Shown here piece after piece: positions 1 to 13,498 of a stretch of 64,000 nucleotides of DNA. Made by a program: the position numbers and the translations under genes. Origin of the DNA: Octopus vulgaris (taxonomy: Eukaryota); assembly GCA_951406725.2 (NCBI GenBank), contig OX597830.1:40610001-40674000 (forward strand), in the 5' to 3' direction. The notes beneath the pieces were generated by a model. That model saw nothing but the letters and a program-made list of their open reading frames with translations. It was not told where the DNA came from and searched no databases. How positions within the stretch are numbered: position 1 is the first letter of the stretch; each line of letters begins with the position of its first letter.

Positions 1-471
1 ATCAGGTATACCGAATATCTTCATGTACTACCTGCCTGATAAGAAACTCAGACACTCCCATGTCCCTAGCGATGGACCTGATTGACTTGGAGGGATTATT
101 GTCAATCATGGCTTGGATTTCAGGAGTTCTTTTCTTATCAGAATGATTAGAGAGAGTTTTCCAAGCTGCCGTACCTTCGTAATCACCATCAAACTCATCT
201 AGCTCTTTCCGAATCTTCTGCACTGTCCTCAGATTCACACCCAATCACTTTAAAATGTTCGTATTGAAGTTTTCGGCATGAATACCAAGCAGTACAGCAT
301 GTTGTTTCCAAATTTCTAGCAGAGTGAATTGCGTCATGGTGCTGTTTTTCTTGCAAACGGTGCCCAACTGACCCTACTATACTGTGTAATCAATAAAATC
401 AAAAACAAACAAAGTGCATGCATGAAATATAAATATAAATATAAAATGGCAACAATTTACTCATCACACCT

Positions 472-474
<3 letters not shown>
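1..474 (-). mobile_element. 5' end of a decayed Tc1/mariner transposon (maT/DD37D-like), running off the window edge
   Basis: ORF 2..244(-) reads ...KKRTPEIQAMIDNNPSKSIRSIARDMGVSEFLIRQVVHEDIRY, a paired-like HTH typical of maT transposases. A terminus-like sequence (aatttactcatcacaccttg) abuts a (TA)n tract. Confidence 0.7.
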
Positions 475-517
<43 letters not shown>

Positions 518-576
518 ATATGTTATATATTGGATATATGTTATCCCATGGTGGGTTGAATTTTCAACCCCTATCT

Positions 577-621
<45 letters not shown>

Positions 622-681
622 AGCACATATACATAGGCATATATACATACATATATATATAAATATATATAAACACATACA

Positions 682-751
<70 letters not shown>

Positions 752-1630
752 CACACATACATACAGGCATACACATATATACTTGTATATTCATATGATC
801 TATTTTGCTTCTCCTTCCCTACTTAAAGACGCATTCATACACACACATACACACACACACCATATATGTTTTTATATTTTTCTTTTTTTTTACTTGTTTC
901 TTTTTATGTCTTACAGACAAACACATAATCAACCTAGAAAACATCTAATAAAGAATCTGCTGCATGTGCACGTAGGTTATTCTAGTTTCCACCACCCACC
1001 CACCCACCTATCCACGCAATCACATATATGTAATCAGAGAGATCTGTAAGGTGGGGGAGGCGGAGGAGAAGGAAGAGGAGGAAGAGTAAAACCATGATAA
1101 GAAGGCATCCAGTTTTTTTATTTACATATTTTGTTTTTCATCATCATCATCATCATCATCACCACCACCACCACCACCATCAATCATCATCATCATCATC
1201 ATCATCATCATTATTATGAGTACTACTACTACTACTACTACTAATTTTGCTGCTGCTGCTGCTGCTAATACCACTACAATCACTACTACTACTATTGCTA
1301 AATGGCAAAGACGTTCCCTGTAAATCTAATTGGCAGAATTATGTCTTTAATTCTTTAATTCCAGGCAGAGAAGGAAGAACTCTTCTTCAAGCTTTCCATT
1401 TTAGACAAAACAAATCTGTTGCTTGTATTCAGTTCTCAATTTTCAAAAATATAAAAAGAAAATAAACAAAAAAAAAACGAAACATATACAAAAAAAGTAA
1501 TAAAAGAATGTGTGAGTGTGTATGTAAGTATGTATTTTTATATATATGCATACGTACACACATATGTGGACATGTATTATACCTGCATAGATACACATAA
1601 AGACATGCATATATATATGTATATGTGTAA

Positions 1631-1661
<31 letters not shown>

Positions 1662-1662
<1 letters not shown>

Positions 1663-2052
1663 CTCTTTTACTTGTTTCAGTCATTTGACTGCGGCCATGC
1701 TGGAGCAACTCGACCCCAGGACTTATTCTTTTGTAAGCCCAGTGCTTATTCTATCAGTCTCTTTTGCCGAACCGCTAAAAAAACAGGGACATAAACACAC
1801 CAGCATCGGCTGTCAAGCAATGCTAGGGGGGACAAACACAGACACACAAACACACACACGCATATATATATATATATATACATATATACGACGGGCTTCT
1901 TTCAGTTTCCGTCTACCGAATCCACTCACAAGGCTTTGGTCGGCCCGAGGCTATAGTCGAAGATACTTGCCCAAGGTGCCACACAGTGGGACTGAACCCG
2001 GAACCATGTGGTTGGTAAACAAGCTACTTACCACACAGCCACTCCTGCGCCT
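1662..2052 (-). mobile_element. SINE family A, near full length (tRNA-like head, internal (TA/TG)n, tail ...aatgactgaaacaagtaaaagag)
   Basis: Head GGCGCAGGAGTGGCTGTGTGGTAAG with B-box-like GGTTCAGTCC followed by CCTTGGGCAAGT. More than 15 related copies or fragments occur in the window. Confidence 0.85.
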
Positions 2053-2784
2053 ATTATATATATCTAATTTTATATTTATACATTTATAATTATATATATA
2101 TATATATACACACTCATATATATATATATATTTTCACTCATTTCAGTCATTTGACTGTAGTATCGCATATACCTACACCATACATTTAGATGTGTGTGAG
2201 TGTGTGTGTGTGTACACACACACACCCACACAGCATATATGAATGTCATATATGTGTATGTTTATTTCCATCTACCAAATTCATACAATTTGGTATAGTA
2301 GAGATAGAGGTGAAAGTGGGTGAAGAACCATTGGTGTAAACAAGTACACACAGCAGGATTATATACAAATTATAAACATTTATAATTATTTATATATATA
2401 TATATCTCATAAAAAAATGTCCTCACACATTTCTTAAAAACACCAACACAGTGTCTCTAGCAGAAGTGCCTGGTATGTATGTTTAAGTACATGTATTTAT
2501 TTTTGCATAAAAAGTGAATGTGGTGGTAAAATAAAAACAAAATTAATAAATAAATATAAGAATTAATTTGTCAATATAATGGTATATTCTACAGGGTCAA
2601 GCAATTTTAAAACCTAGACAATTACATAAGTAACAAGAACTTTTTTTTCTATAAGTAGTAGTCGTAGTAGTAGCAGGAGTGCTGGTGGTGGTGGTGGTGG
2701 TGGTGGCAGTGGTGACTGTAGTTGCAGTTGCAGGTAAGTTAATGAGTGGAATGAGATGTGGTGGTAAAATAAAAACAACAGCAC

Positions 2785-2839
<55 letters not shown>

Positions 2840-3506
2840 CATAATAATAATGGTTTTATATTTTTCCACAAGGGCAGCAATTTTGGAGGAGGGAATAGAC
2901 CCCAGTGTTTCACTAGTACTTAATTTATCGACCCTGAAAGGATGAAAGGTAAAGTCAACCTCAGCAGAATTTGAACCCAGAATGTGAAGACTTGGAAGAA
3001 ATTCTAATAATAACAGCAATTTTTGTTGTTATTGTTTAAACCCATGTCATCCATGTGATTAAAAGAGGGTTCACCAGTGTTCCCCACAGTTCTGGTGTTC
3101 GCTAAACATCTTTTTGTTTGTCCTTTTCACCAGAATATTTTGGCAGAATGTTTATTTGTTGTAATTTGATTTGTCTCTTTGCCTCAAAATTGGTGGCAAC
3201 AGAACAACATCCCTACGAGGGGGAATGTTGTGATCCCAGTCACTTACATCCCATGGAAACTGGATAGCCAGCCTGATGAGTCCTAGGGCTCAAAAAAAAA
3301 ACTGATTAAAAAATACATACAGTTTTAACAGTATAACCATAATGCTCTATTTTCAGGGTATATTTTGTGGTGGATTAAATGTGGAAGATTTTGGAAACCT
3401 GAAAGCTTCTAGGTAAACTGAAACCATCGCATTCAGTGTCCCAAATTAGGGTTAGGGGATTTACACACTGGTACTTTCTAGAGACACAATGCATTTAGGG
3501 ATCTAG

Positions 3507-3900
3507 TTAAGCCTCTAGCATTTAAACCAGCCATATCTTATTTCTTTATTGCCCACAAGGGGCTAAACATAAAGGGGACAAACAAGGACAGACAAATGGA
3601 TTAAATCGATTAGATCAACCCCAGTGCGTAACTGGTACTTAATTTATCGAGCCCAAAAGGATGAAAGGCAAAGTTGACCTCAGCAGTTGAACTCAGAACA
3701 TAATGGCAGATGAAACACTGCTAAGCATTTCGACCAACATGCTAACGTTTCTGCCAGCTCGCCACATTTAAACCAGCCATATCTGGCCAAAATATTCACA
3801 TCATCGAAATCTCAAAGTTACAAGATAAAGTATGACTAATTCAAAAAGATGTGAATAAATAAGCCTTACATTTAACGGAGAAATCTGAATGCAGGGGGGG
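3507..3900. mobile_element. TTAA-bounded MITE (piggyBac-like) interrupted by a SINE B copy
   Basis: Same internal sequence as 28517-28739 and 55088-55317 (tagcatttaaa...atcattgaaatctcaaag...ctgaatgc). Confidence 0.55.
3539..3764 (-). mobile_element. SINE family B (Nin-domain-like core) with a 20-bp TSD
   Basis: Core GAGGTCAACTTTGCCTTTCATCCTTT..GATAAATTAAGTACCAG. Perfect direct repeat catttaaaccagccatatct at 3519-3538 and 3765-3784. Confidence 0.85.
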
Positions 3901-4950
3901 TGGAGTTTGAACACCCATTCTAGACAGATCTGGTAGCTGGGATATTATGTTCAAGGTCATTAGGTTGTGAGTTTGATTCCTGGACTGGGCAGTACATTGT
4001 GTCCTTGAGGAAGGTATTTCCTTTTACATTGACCCCCTCTGCACACCACCACCACCATCTGCTCAGCTGGAAATGAGTACCAGCTTAGTGCTGATGTAAC
4101 CCTCTCTTCCTCTAGCTATCATATCTTTGATGCTTCACTGAGTCAAGTGTGGGAGGACCGAGACAGTGTCCATGTCTGCTCCTTTCTGTAAAGGCACCAA
4201 AAACAATTAAGCAAAAATATGGTATGTGCTACCAAGCCATACTCACTCAAAAGTAATGGCTATGGTTTTCTAAGAAGACCCACTTTAAACAACGGCATTT
4301 AGGGAGCTAGGCAAACATCTATCAGATGCAGCAGTACACTTTTGGAGTTGAGAGTGCCCTCAAAATAAGATCAAGGGAATTATGTATTATTTTCCTGCTT
4401 GATTCCATTGTAGCAGGAATTATAAGCAATTCTTTTAGGAATATTCTCAACTGAATCTCTTCAACACAGAATGCTGAGATCAATAGATAGAGAAAGTGAC
4501 AAATAAGAACCTCATTAACCAACCCATTTGAGACTGCTCATTGTTCTCTGATATAATCTTCTTGTTTTAGAATTATCTAAAGGAAAACCTTCCATCAAAA
4601 TTGTGTGTTAATTTATGATAATTAATACCAGCTTTAAAATGACAAAAGTTATTCTACTGAATTCTTTGTTATTTTCAAAATTAATTGAAACAAGGGAAAT
4701 ATATTCCAAGAGAAATATGGTGACAAAAGAATTAACACATTTCAGTAAGTACTTCTAAAGGGACAAGGAAACATAGGTTTGCACCTACTTAAAAGTATTT
4801 CTACTATGGCCATCCCATCTATCTTATAAGCACAGGGAACTGAGGATCATGTTATCTAGTGTGACTTTTAATTCTAACACATATGGTATGATTTGGAGGA
4901 AATTTGGCTGTTATTTCTAACATAGTGGCTCTCTGGTTATGGATTTTGGA

Positions 4951-5390
4951 TTAACCATTTTGATACCAACTCTTCTGAATCTGAATCTGTTTTAAAGTGA
5001 TCTAAATTTAAACTTTCTCTCAAAATTTCATGTTAATTTATGTTCCAAACACCAAATTAATAATCCTTTCTATTATAGGCACAAGGCCTGAAATTTGCAG
5101 GGAAGGGGTAAGTCAATTACATCGATCCCAGTGCATAACTGGTACTTATTTAATCCACCTCGAAAGGATGAAAGGCAAAGTCGACCTTGGTGGAATTTGA
5201 ACTCAGAACATAGCGGCAGAGGAAATACCACTAAACATTTCACCCGGCATGCTAACGATTCTGTCAGCTCTCCTCCTGACACCAGATTAATAATGATTAA
5301 GCTATTTTACAAAATTTTTCATTATTTTATAAAATTAATTGAAGTAAATGCCACACATCTAAACAAAAATATGGCAACAAAAAGGGTTAA
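4951..5390. mobile_element. Second TTAA-bounded MITE (piggyBac-like) with a nested SINE B (about 5065-5278, minus)
   Basis: Ends ttaaccattttg...caaaaagggttaa. The nested SINE is flanked by acacca(a/g)attaataat at 5049-5064 and 5279-5294. A related copy lies at about 4520-4735. Confidence 0.55.
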
Positions 5391-5567
5391 AGAAGGTGGA
5401 ATATAGTTACTGCATGAATTATCATTTCATCAAGGATATGACTGGTATCAGCACTGATCCTGGTTACAGGAAAACACAAAACCCACCATAGCAGGATTTG
5501 AACCCAGAACCTTAAGGGATACTACTACTACAAAATGTGGAGATACATGCAAATATATACACACATA

Positions 5568-5612
<45 letters not shown>

Positions 5613-5879
5613 TCACACGCACACACACGCACATGGTGGGCTTCCATGCAGTTTCCATCGACCAAATTCACTCAAAAGGCATTGGTTGACTCAGGGAGAT
5701 AATAGAAGATACTTGCCCAAGGTGACGTACAGTAGGAATGAATAGAAAATCTGCCTCAATAAATTTCATCTGACCCATGCAAGCATAGGAAAGTGGACAC
5801 TAAAAGAATGATGATGAAGGACATTGTTGAAAATATAGTCTCTGTGATACAAAAAGATAGGATGGTCCTGGTTGGAATA

Positions 5880-6880
5880 TGGAGCAAAAGCATTCAGTAC
5901 AATCCCAAAAGTGCAAAAATCATTTAATCCTACAAACTTGACCAAACAAAATGATCAAAGAATTCACCAATACAATAAAGAATGGAAGTAACTGGGAAGC
6001 TTCTGAGATTGACAAAGTCTTATTTTTTTGTTGAAACAACTAATTTATGAATTTGTACCAACATAATTTAATGAAGTAGTAAGCAGACTGGAATTAGTAA
6101 AGGGAAAAACAATACTGACTCCCAAAACAAAAGCAGCAAAGGATCCTAAAACTACAGACTTGTAACCAGAGACAGATTAAAACCCATAGAGGTCCTAAGA
6201 ACTTAGAAGATTTTGGTGCCTCCATATATATTTAATTTAAAATGTAAAAAATAATAAACCATAAAATAAATTTTTATTCTTTAAAATGAAACAAAACTAA
6301 CAGTAAGATGGAAAATAATGTTTATTTTGGTGTCCTTCTATTTTATTTATATTTGAAAAGTTTTCTCATGCTTTTTTTTCTATTGCAAAGTCTTTGATCA
6401 GATCATCACTATGACACCTGCCTCTAACTTGTTTACCAATAACATACGCAGTCCTTATAATATCTATACTCTACAACAGATTGGCCAATCATATGGAAAG
6501 AAATAATATATTACCTGAGGAGTAGACTGTAAAAAGTAGCTTTAATGAGTCAAACAATTATTGGAGGCAACAAAAAAGAAAGGAAAGAAAAAATGTTAAC
6601 ACAGCATGGATTGATTGATAAAAATATTGGATATCATACCACACTCTTGTATACTGAAGATACACCACATCAATAAACTAGCACCTTAAGTAACATGGTA
6701 CATTCATATGCAATGTCGAAATGGAAAACAGCTATATAGGTGCAGAAAGATAAAATGATTAAAACCAGATCTAAAAACGTAAGAACTTTATCCTCTCTAC
6801 TCGCCTGCTTAGCTTCAAGCACTGTCTCCATTAACAAATTTGCTGAATGAAATTGGTAATAGTTATAAATGTTACAGATG
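5880..6880 (+). pseudogene. Decayed R4/Dong-clade non-LTR retrotransposon reverse transcriptase fragment
   Basis: Manual translation across stops and frameshifts gives IKNGSNWEASEIDKV, LVKGKTILTPK..KDP(K)NYRLVT, TCLPITY..SILYNRLANHMERNNILPEE, NTAWID and LSSLLACLA. These match R4 RT motifs NWKAPG.D, G.T.LIPK, NYRPITCL, PEEQ.GC, AWIDY and LSPLLFCL. Confidence 0.7.
6167..6420 (-). mobile_element. hAT-derived non-autonomous element nested in the R4 RT
   Basis: CAG...CTG termini and imperfect 8-bp flanks (cttgtaac / cctctaac). The minus strand encodes DDLIKDFAI..RKLFKY, the hAT C-terminus. Homologous to 53380-53700. Confidence 0.6.
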
Positions 6881-6896
6881 AATTATATACTACATA

Positions 6897-7942
6897 GGTG
6901 CAGGCGTGGCTGTGTGGTTAGGAATCTCACTTTGCAATCATGTAGTTCCAGGTTCAGTCTCACTGCATGGCAACTTCGGAAAGTGTTGTCTTTTTTTTTT
7001 TACTATAACCTCAAGCTGACCTATACCTTGTGAATGTATTCAAGAAGTGGAAACTGTGTGGAAACCCATTGTGTGTGTGTATATGTGTGCTTGTCCACCA
7101 CCATTGCTTGACAGTGTTGGCTTGTTTATCGACTTGAAACTTAGCAGTTCAGCAAAAGAGATCAATGAAATTAGTACCAGACTTAAAATTAAGTCCTGGG
7201 GTTGATTTGTTTGACTAAACCCTTCAAGGCAATACAACTTATACCCTGGGTGGTTGAGTCAGATCTGGCCAACGAGTTCCATTTTCGTAATTTCAGTAAA
7301 AATACCAGTTCACATGTGGTCCCTAGTCACATGCAATGGGTAGTGTCAGAACTATGCCGTTGGGAACTTCGGTTCCTGGTAGGGCCACCCAAGGCGGATT
7401 GGTCTGACACCGAGTGGTATTAGGGCCACAACCCGGCAGACGGGGCTCTGGTGAAAGTGTCTGCTTCGGTAACCGGTGGCTCCTCGGTTGTTCTGTCCCT
7501 GCGTCTGTGGACAATCTGCGGCAAACAGGATGTCTCCACATGCGGGATTGTTGGGGACCGCTTGTGAAATCCACATATTCCCACGAAACTTCTTCCATGA
7601 GTGGAGGAAGCCGACTCAACCCACCCAGGGTGAATGTTGCCACAAGTACAAGTACAAGTAAGTACACTTTGAGATAGTGGGATCTGTAGCAGCTCATCTT
7701 GCTATCAATTGGTGACCATCATGGAGGATTCACTGACCAAGTCACAACTGACTATCAGAGCAGAAGTAGTCTGGATTTGAAGCAAATCCTGGAGACATGC
7801 TTTAACAAAAGTTAAGGGTTGCCTCACACCCAGTGGTCTTCCTGCATGCTAGACACCAACTTGGAATTTCTGAGGGCCCATGCTTCAAGACAATGCCCCG
7901 GTATAGTCACAATCTAATAACTGAAACAAGAAAAAGATAAAA
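6897..7942 (+). mobile_element. SINE family A split by an insertion of about 650 bp
   Basis: Head and body at 6897-7234, tail resumes at 7883. cttcaag(g/a)caat is duplicated at both junctions. Confidence 0.7.
7235..7664 (+). mobile_element. GC-rich, highly structured RTE-clade-derived non-autonomous element
   Basis: CTATGCCGTTGGG..CCTGGTAGGGCCACCCAAGGCGG..GGTC resembles the RTE/BovB/Expander 5'UTR motif (recalled, not searched). It has an (ACAAGT)n 3' tail, and the termini pair (7243-7260 with 7613-7631). Confidence 0.6.
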
Positions 7943-8809
7943 GCAATCTGCTGTACAGTAATATCTACAAATTCATAACCAACGAGAGAGAACATACTAA
8001 AAATTAATCATGAATTCAACCAGGATATATAAAAATGAATGTGGTGCTAGAGGAAACGTGTTAAAGCTTACTCTGCTACTCTCAGAAGAAGCAAATTAAT
8101 TAAAACTAAGAACATTAAATGAGATCAAGATACTGAAATCAGAGAAATAGAATAGAGATTAAGTTAATTATGTGAAAGGAGATAATTTATCTTTTATCTC
8201 TAAAATCTGGTTAGTGTAAGAAGATAACATTCAGGCATAAGAATGGCTCTTTTAAAGATCAGCCACTGAATCTAAAGATTAAATGGCCACTCATGGAATT
8301 TTAACAACACTTTATCAATTAAGCTTTGGGAATAGAGCACTTTAGTCAAATTCTAATGTACTCAGTCTTTCAGAAGTAGTTTGCTGTAATGACAACACAG
8401 ACAATAGAGGAGATTGGCCCTGGTTGGATTGAGTAGATTTATGATCAAAGGCATTCCTACCATGACCATTCCAACTTTTATCCAAATGCAATGCACCAAA
8501 GATCTCAATACCTAAATGCAGCAATCCCCAATCTTTTTTGACCATGGACTGGATCATGCAAGACAATTTTTGCCACAGAATATATATTCTATATATATAT
8601 ATAATCAAGTGAAGGTAATAAACCTCGTTAAGGGATCATAAATCCAATGGAAATACTGGTTAGTTACCAATCTACAGAAAGTTCAATAATAAGGTAACCA
8701 TATAAACCGTGGTACATATATTTATATATTTAAAGAATAAGGAGAAAATGAAGTTAACGGTTCTATAGCCTTTATCTCAACATGTATTTCTAATCAGTAT
8801 ATCTTTACT

Positions 8810-8891
8810 ACCTCTGAAGATTCATCTTATAATGATTTTAATTTTATAAATTAATTATCTAAAGATATCTGAATCGAAACAGCTGTCAGAG
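8810..8891 (+). ncRNA. Degenerate type I hammerhead-like motif in a (TA)n-flanked PLE-like fragment (about 8600-8965)
   Basis: cct CTGAAGA ttca...tgaatc GAAAC AGCT GTC ag. Stem III loop is palindromic. A likely 2-nt deletion is seen relative to sibling copy 20018-20036(-), which reads CTGAAGA GATTCAG. Confidence 0.55.
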
Positions 8892-8971
8892 ATGTTGTCA
8901 TATTTTATAATGAATAAATAATTCAATAATTTTATTTATTACCTCTTCATTTTCTCCTTATTCTTTTTATA

Positions 8972-9198
<227 letters not shown>

Positions 9199-9364
9199 GA
9201 TAAATTTCCACTATTTACATAATATTGAGGTCTCTTTCTTTCTTTTGTTATCTTACCGTTTTATCAATATATATATATATATATATATATATCATCTTCA
9301 TCATCATCATCATTGTTTAGCATCAGCTTTCCATACTCGCATGGGTTGGACAGTTCAACTGGGG

Positions 9365-9398
<34 letters not shown>

Positions 9399-10363
9399 TA
9401 CATATATATTATATGTATAATGCAAAAACACCCTACAAACTGTAATAGTCATTACAAAAAAACATAAAATTAACAAATTTGTGTGACCTGGCACCAAATA
9501 ATCCACAACCCAGTACTGGTCCTTGGCCTGGTGGTTGGGGACCCCTGATCTAATACATCCTTCGTTTCTAAGATGATAGGGCATGATTTGAGAAAAATCT
9601 GACTCCTATTTCTCATTAGCATAGTAAAGGGGCTTTTGTTAGCTCACATGGAATCTCTTTCTTTGATGTGGACCTAGTCTCATTGATTTACAGACATTCT
9701 CATTTGCTTCTTGTTGTTGTTACATCTTAGGCGTTGGTTGGTTGGTTGGTTGGTTTGGTGGTTGGTTGGTAGGCTGGCTTGATGGCTGGTTGATTGGTTG
9801 GTTGACTGGTTAGTTAGTTGGTTGGTTAGCTGGTTGGTTGGTTAGTTGGTTGGTTAGTTCGCTGAGCAGTTATTAAATATATCATCAATTGCCACAGACT
9901 TGAAGAGACATGGTATGGTGGATGCCAAACAAATATTAAGAAACAACCCTATATGTGACAAGAGAGCAGACTGTACACTGCATTAAACAGGAAGTAGGCA
10001 GGTAGCTAGGTAGGTAGGCAATGAATGATGAGGTGGGGGGTAGATTGGTCAGTTGGTTGGTTATTTGCTTGTTTGGTTGGATACTTGGCTAGTTGCTTGC
10101 TCAGTTGCTTGGTTGCTTCGTTAGTAAATTTCTTGCTTGCATATTTGATTGGTCGGTTGCTTGGTTCTTTCAATTCTACATCAATTACTGATGTAAGTCA
10201 GCTTTGGTGCAGCATGCCTATGGAAGGGTCAAACATATTATAGTAGAAACTAATGTCAGACCCTGCAACACAACTGGAATGATGGACTCCCTTACTGATT
10301 TTGGTTACTCAAAGTTTCCATAATCCAATCAACAAAACAATCAATTTCATTGTATAACAAGTG

Positions 10364-10836
10364 AAATCGAAATCGAAATCAAATTCGATGACTGGCATCC
10401 GTGCTAGTGGAGCGCTAAGAGCACCATCCGAGCATGATCGTTGCCAGAGCAACAAACTGGCTTCTGTGTCGGTGGCATGGAAGAAGCACCATTCGAGTGT
10501 GATCGTTACCTGCGTCGTCTTACAGGCACTTGTGCTGGTGGCACGTGAAAAAACATTCAAGCGAGGTCGTTGCCAGTGCCACTGGACTGGCTCCTGTGCA
10601 GGTGGCACATAAAAAGCACCATTTGAGCGTGGCCATTGCCAGTACTGTCTGACTGGCCTTCGTGCCGGTGGCACGTAAAAGCACCCACTACACTCTCGGA
10701 GTGGTTGGCATTTTAGGAAGGGCATTCAGCTGTAGAATCTCTGCCAGATCAGACTGGAGCCTAGTGTAGCCATCTGGTTCGCCAGACCTCAATCAAATCG
10801 TCCAACCCATGCTAGCATGGAAAGCAGACGTTAAAC

Positions 10837-10861
<25 letters not shown>
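10364..10861 (+). mobile_element. SINE-like family C (internal tandem units, RTE-like 3' part, (GAT)n tail), longest copy
   Basis: Four to five units of GGTGGCACGTAAAAAGCACC.., then GGTTGGCA..AGGAAGGGCATTCAGCTGTAG and AACCCATGCTAGCATGGAAAGCAGACGTTAAAC(GAT)n. Confidence 0.8.
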
Positions 10862-10867
<6 letters not shown>

Positions 10868-11272
10868 GTACAAGTGGTTGAGTATTCCATAAGCACATAC
10901 GCATTTCACATAATACTCACATCCCTCAACATGAAACTATTTCAGAAAGCAGAACTCTCAGATCAGAGGTTGAAGTCCACCCGACTAACTTCTGCAAAGT
11001 CACACTCTGTCATTTTTCTACCCATTCCGCACACACAAAGATGTGCTCGAAGATATTTGACCAAGATGTTGTATGAACCTGGAACACTGAGACTGACAAG
11101 CAAACATCTTACCCACAAGGCCATGAGCCTCTATAACATGAATGAGATAAAGGCTGTCATCACATGGAACTCATACATCATAAATTTTATATGATATTGT
11201 GATACATGATTTGGGTGTCTCAGAAAAGTAATGCTACCATATATATTTGTGTGTGTGCGTATGTGTGTGTAT

Positions 11273-11379
<107 letters not shown>

Positions 11380-11607
11380 ATATATGAAATATATATATAT
11401 ATGAAATGGTAGTATTTGATATAATTGTATGTAAATCATTTATCATGCTTGTGATAACTGACTGTCATCTGATGTAATCCATGAATTTACAAGAGAATGA
11501 TGATAATATTGTGAAAAATAAATCATGTTTAACACATGTGAGCACAAGTACACACACACACACATACACACAGAATTATATGTACATATATCAGTGTCTC
11601 TGTATGC

Positions 11608-11648
<41 letters not shown>

Positions 11649-11670
11649 AACACATGTATGTATATGTATA

Positions 11671-11738
11671 TACAAGGGGGTGTTGAAAAGTTCCTGTATT
11701 TCCATTTACCCAAAGCCAGGAACTTTTCAGCAACCCAT

Positions 11739-11742
<4 letters not shown>
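11671..11742. mobile_element. About 70-bp mariner-type miniature inverted-repeat element
   Basis: tacaagggggtgttgaaaagttcctg ... caggaacttttcagcaacccattgt form roughly 25-bp imperfect TIRs with a spacer of about 20 bp, in a TA/TG context. Confidence 0.65.
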
Positions 11743-11794
<52 letters not shown>

Positions 11795-11879
11795 GCATGG
11801 AAGATGGATGTTGAATGATGATAATGATATATATCTATATATGCACATATGCACACACACACACACATGAGAATTTGTA

Positions 11880-11917
<38 letters not shown>

Positions 11918-12020
11918 GACACACACACACACTCACACAGATGTGTATTTGTATATACATATAAATCTTTCTGTCAACTTTTTTCTATCGAGATTTCTCT
12001 CCCCTCCCCTGCCTTCTCTT

Positions 12021-12091
<71 letters not shown>

Positions 12092-12530
12092 TTCTCCTTC
12101 TGGAAGAAATCAGCCTGAAGGTGAGACCAGGAAAGGAATGAGCTTCACCAAATCTCAAGAAAGCCAGTAACATGGACTTGGAGATTTCTATTAAAAGGTA
12201 GTGCACCAAATCCTATTCTTTTATTCTTATATTTGTTTCAGTCATTTGACTGTGGCCATGCTGGAGCAATGCCTGCAATAAAATCTTTAATATTTTTGAA
12301 CTTTCCTTCTGAGTGAAAGATAGAAACTTCTCTGCGAGTGCCACTAACAACTGCCACTAGTTTTTGGTTTCTGTCTTCCACTTAGAGAGAAACTTCAAAC
12401 CAAATTAAGAATTCATTATATCTGGCACTCAAGTACACAGAATTGAACTTAATTTAATTAAAATATTCACATTTATGTCATTGACCTCTTTGAGTTACAT
12501 CCCTTGGGTTACTTTATTTCTATCTATTTA

Positions 12531-12566
<36 letters not shown>

Positions 12567-13052
12567 TATGTGCTGTGTGTGAGGGCACATGGGCTAGTGG
12601 TTAGGGTGTTGTTCTCATGATTGTGAGATTGTGGGTTCAGTTCCAGGATCAGGTAATACATTGTGTTCTGGAATGAAGCACTTCATCTTATGTTACACTG
12701 TAATCACTTCAACACCTGAGACAGTGTCTTCTACTTTCTTCTAAGACTAACCAATGCCATGTGCGTGAAATTGGTAGATAGGAAAATGTAAAGAAGCCCA
12801 TCATACATATTTGTGTGTGTGTGTGTGTGTGTGTGTGTACATATTTTCCCATTTATGTTCTTATTCTGCTTATAAATGCAACACAAAAATGTCACTGCAC
12901 AGGCAATGCTGTAAAGACACATCCAACCGCTGGCCACTTCAAGTATTAATTTAAGAGGAAAGTTGGTGACAGGAAGGGCATTTGGCCACAGAACACTGCT
13001 GTGACAAGTCTAGTCCAGCTCATACCAGCAAGGAAAAGAGATGCTGTGCAAA

Positions 13053-13290
13053 ATGATGATGATGATGAGGATGATGATGATGATGAAAGCAATCATAATG
13101 GGGACCGTGATGACAATATCCAGTGATGACCACATTGATGATGATGATGACAAGCAGGACAAGGGACCATAATGACAATGACTACAGCAACAACAACAAC
13201 AGTATCATTGATGATGATGACAAGGAGGAGAATAAAGAAGACAAGAAGGACTGTGATGACGATGATGATGACAATGAGAATGATAACAAC

Positions 13291-13321
<31 letters not shown>

Positions 13322-13400
13322 TGACAATGATTATGGCCATACTGATGACAAGGAGGTTGACAATGACAACAATGATAGTGATGACAACAACAACATCTTA
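13053..13400. repeat. Degenerate (GAT/GAC/CAA/GGT)n triplet tract
   Basis: Seen directly. It explains ORFs 13093..13413 and 13123..13401. Confidence 0.9.
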
Positions 13401-13498
13401 GGGAACATTGCAATGACAGAAACAGTAGAAAATTAGTCTCAATATTTTTCTACTTTCACTTTCATTTTTTTGCTTTCACCTCTTCTAGGAGACTTCTT

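Noticed and set aside
3255-3300. CTGATGAGTCCTAGGGCTC resembling a hammerhead half
   Set aside because: No downstream GAAA-stem III-UH and no stem I. The context (GGAAACTGGATAG..GCCTGATG) looks like a decayed SINE/LINE 3' region.
7340-7610. Group II intron-like appearance of the structured GC-rich insert
   Set aside because: No GUGYG start, no domain V catalytic triad hairpin and no RT ORF. An RTE-derived origin fits better.
10390-10690. Regularly spaced GGTGGCAC..AAAAGCACC units resembling a CRISPR array
   Set aside because: The spacers are homologous to each other, the context is eukaryotic and there are no cas genes. These are internal tandem units of family C.
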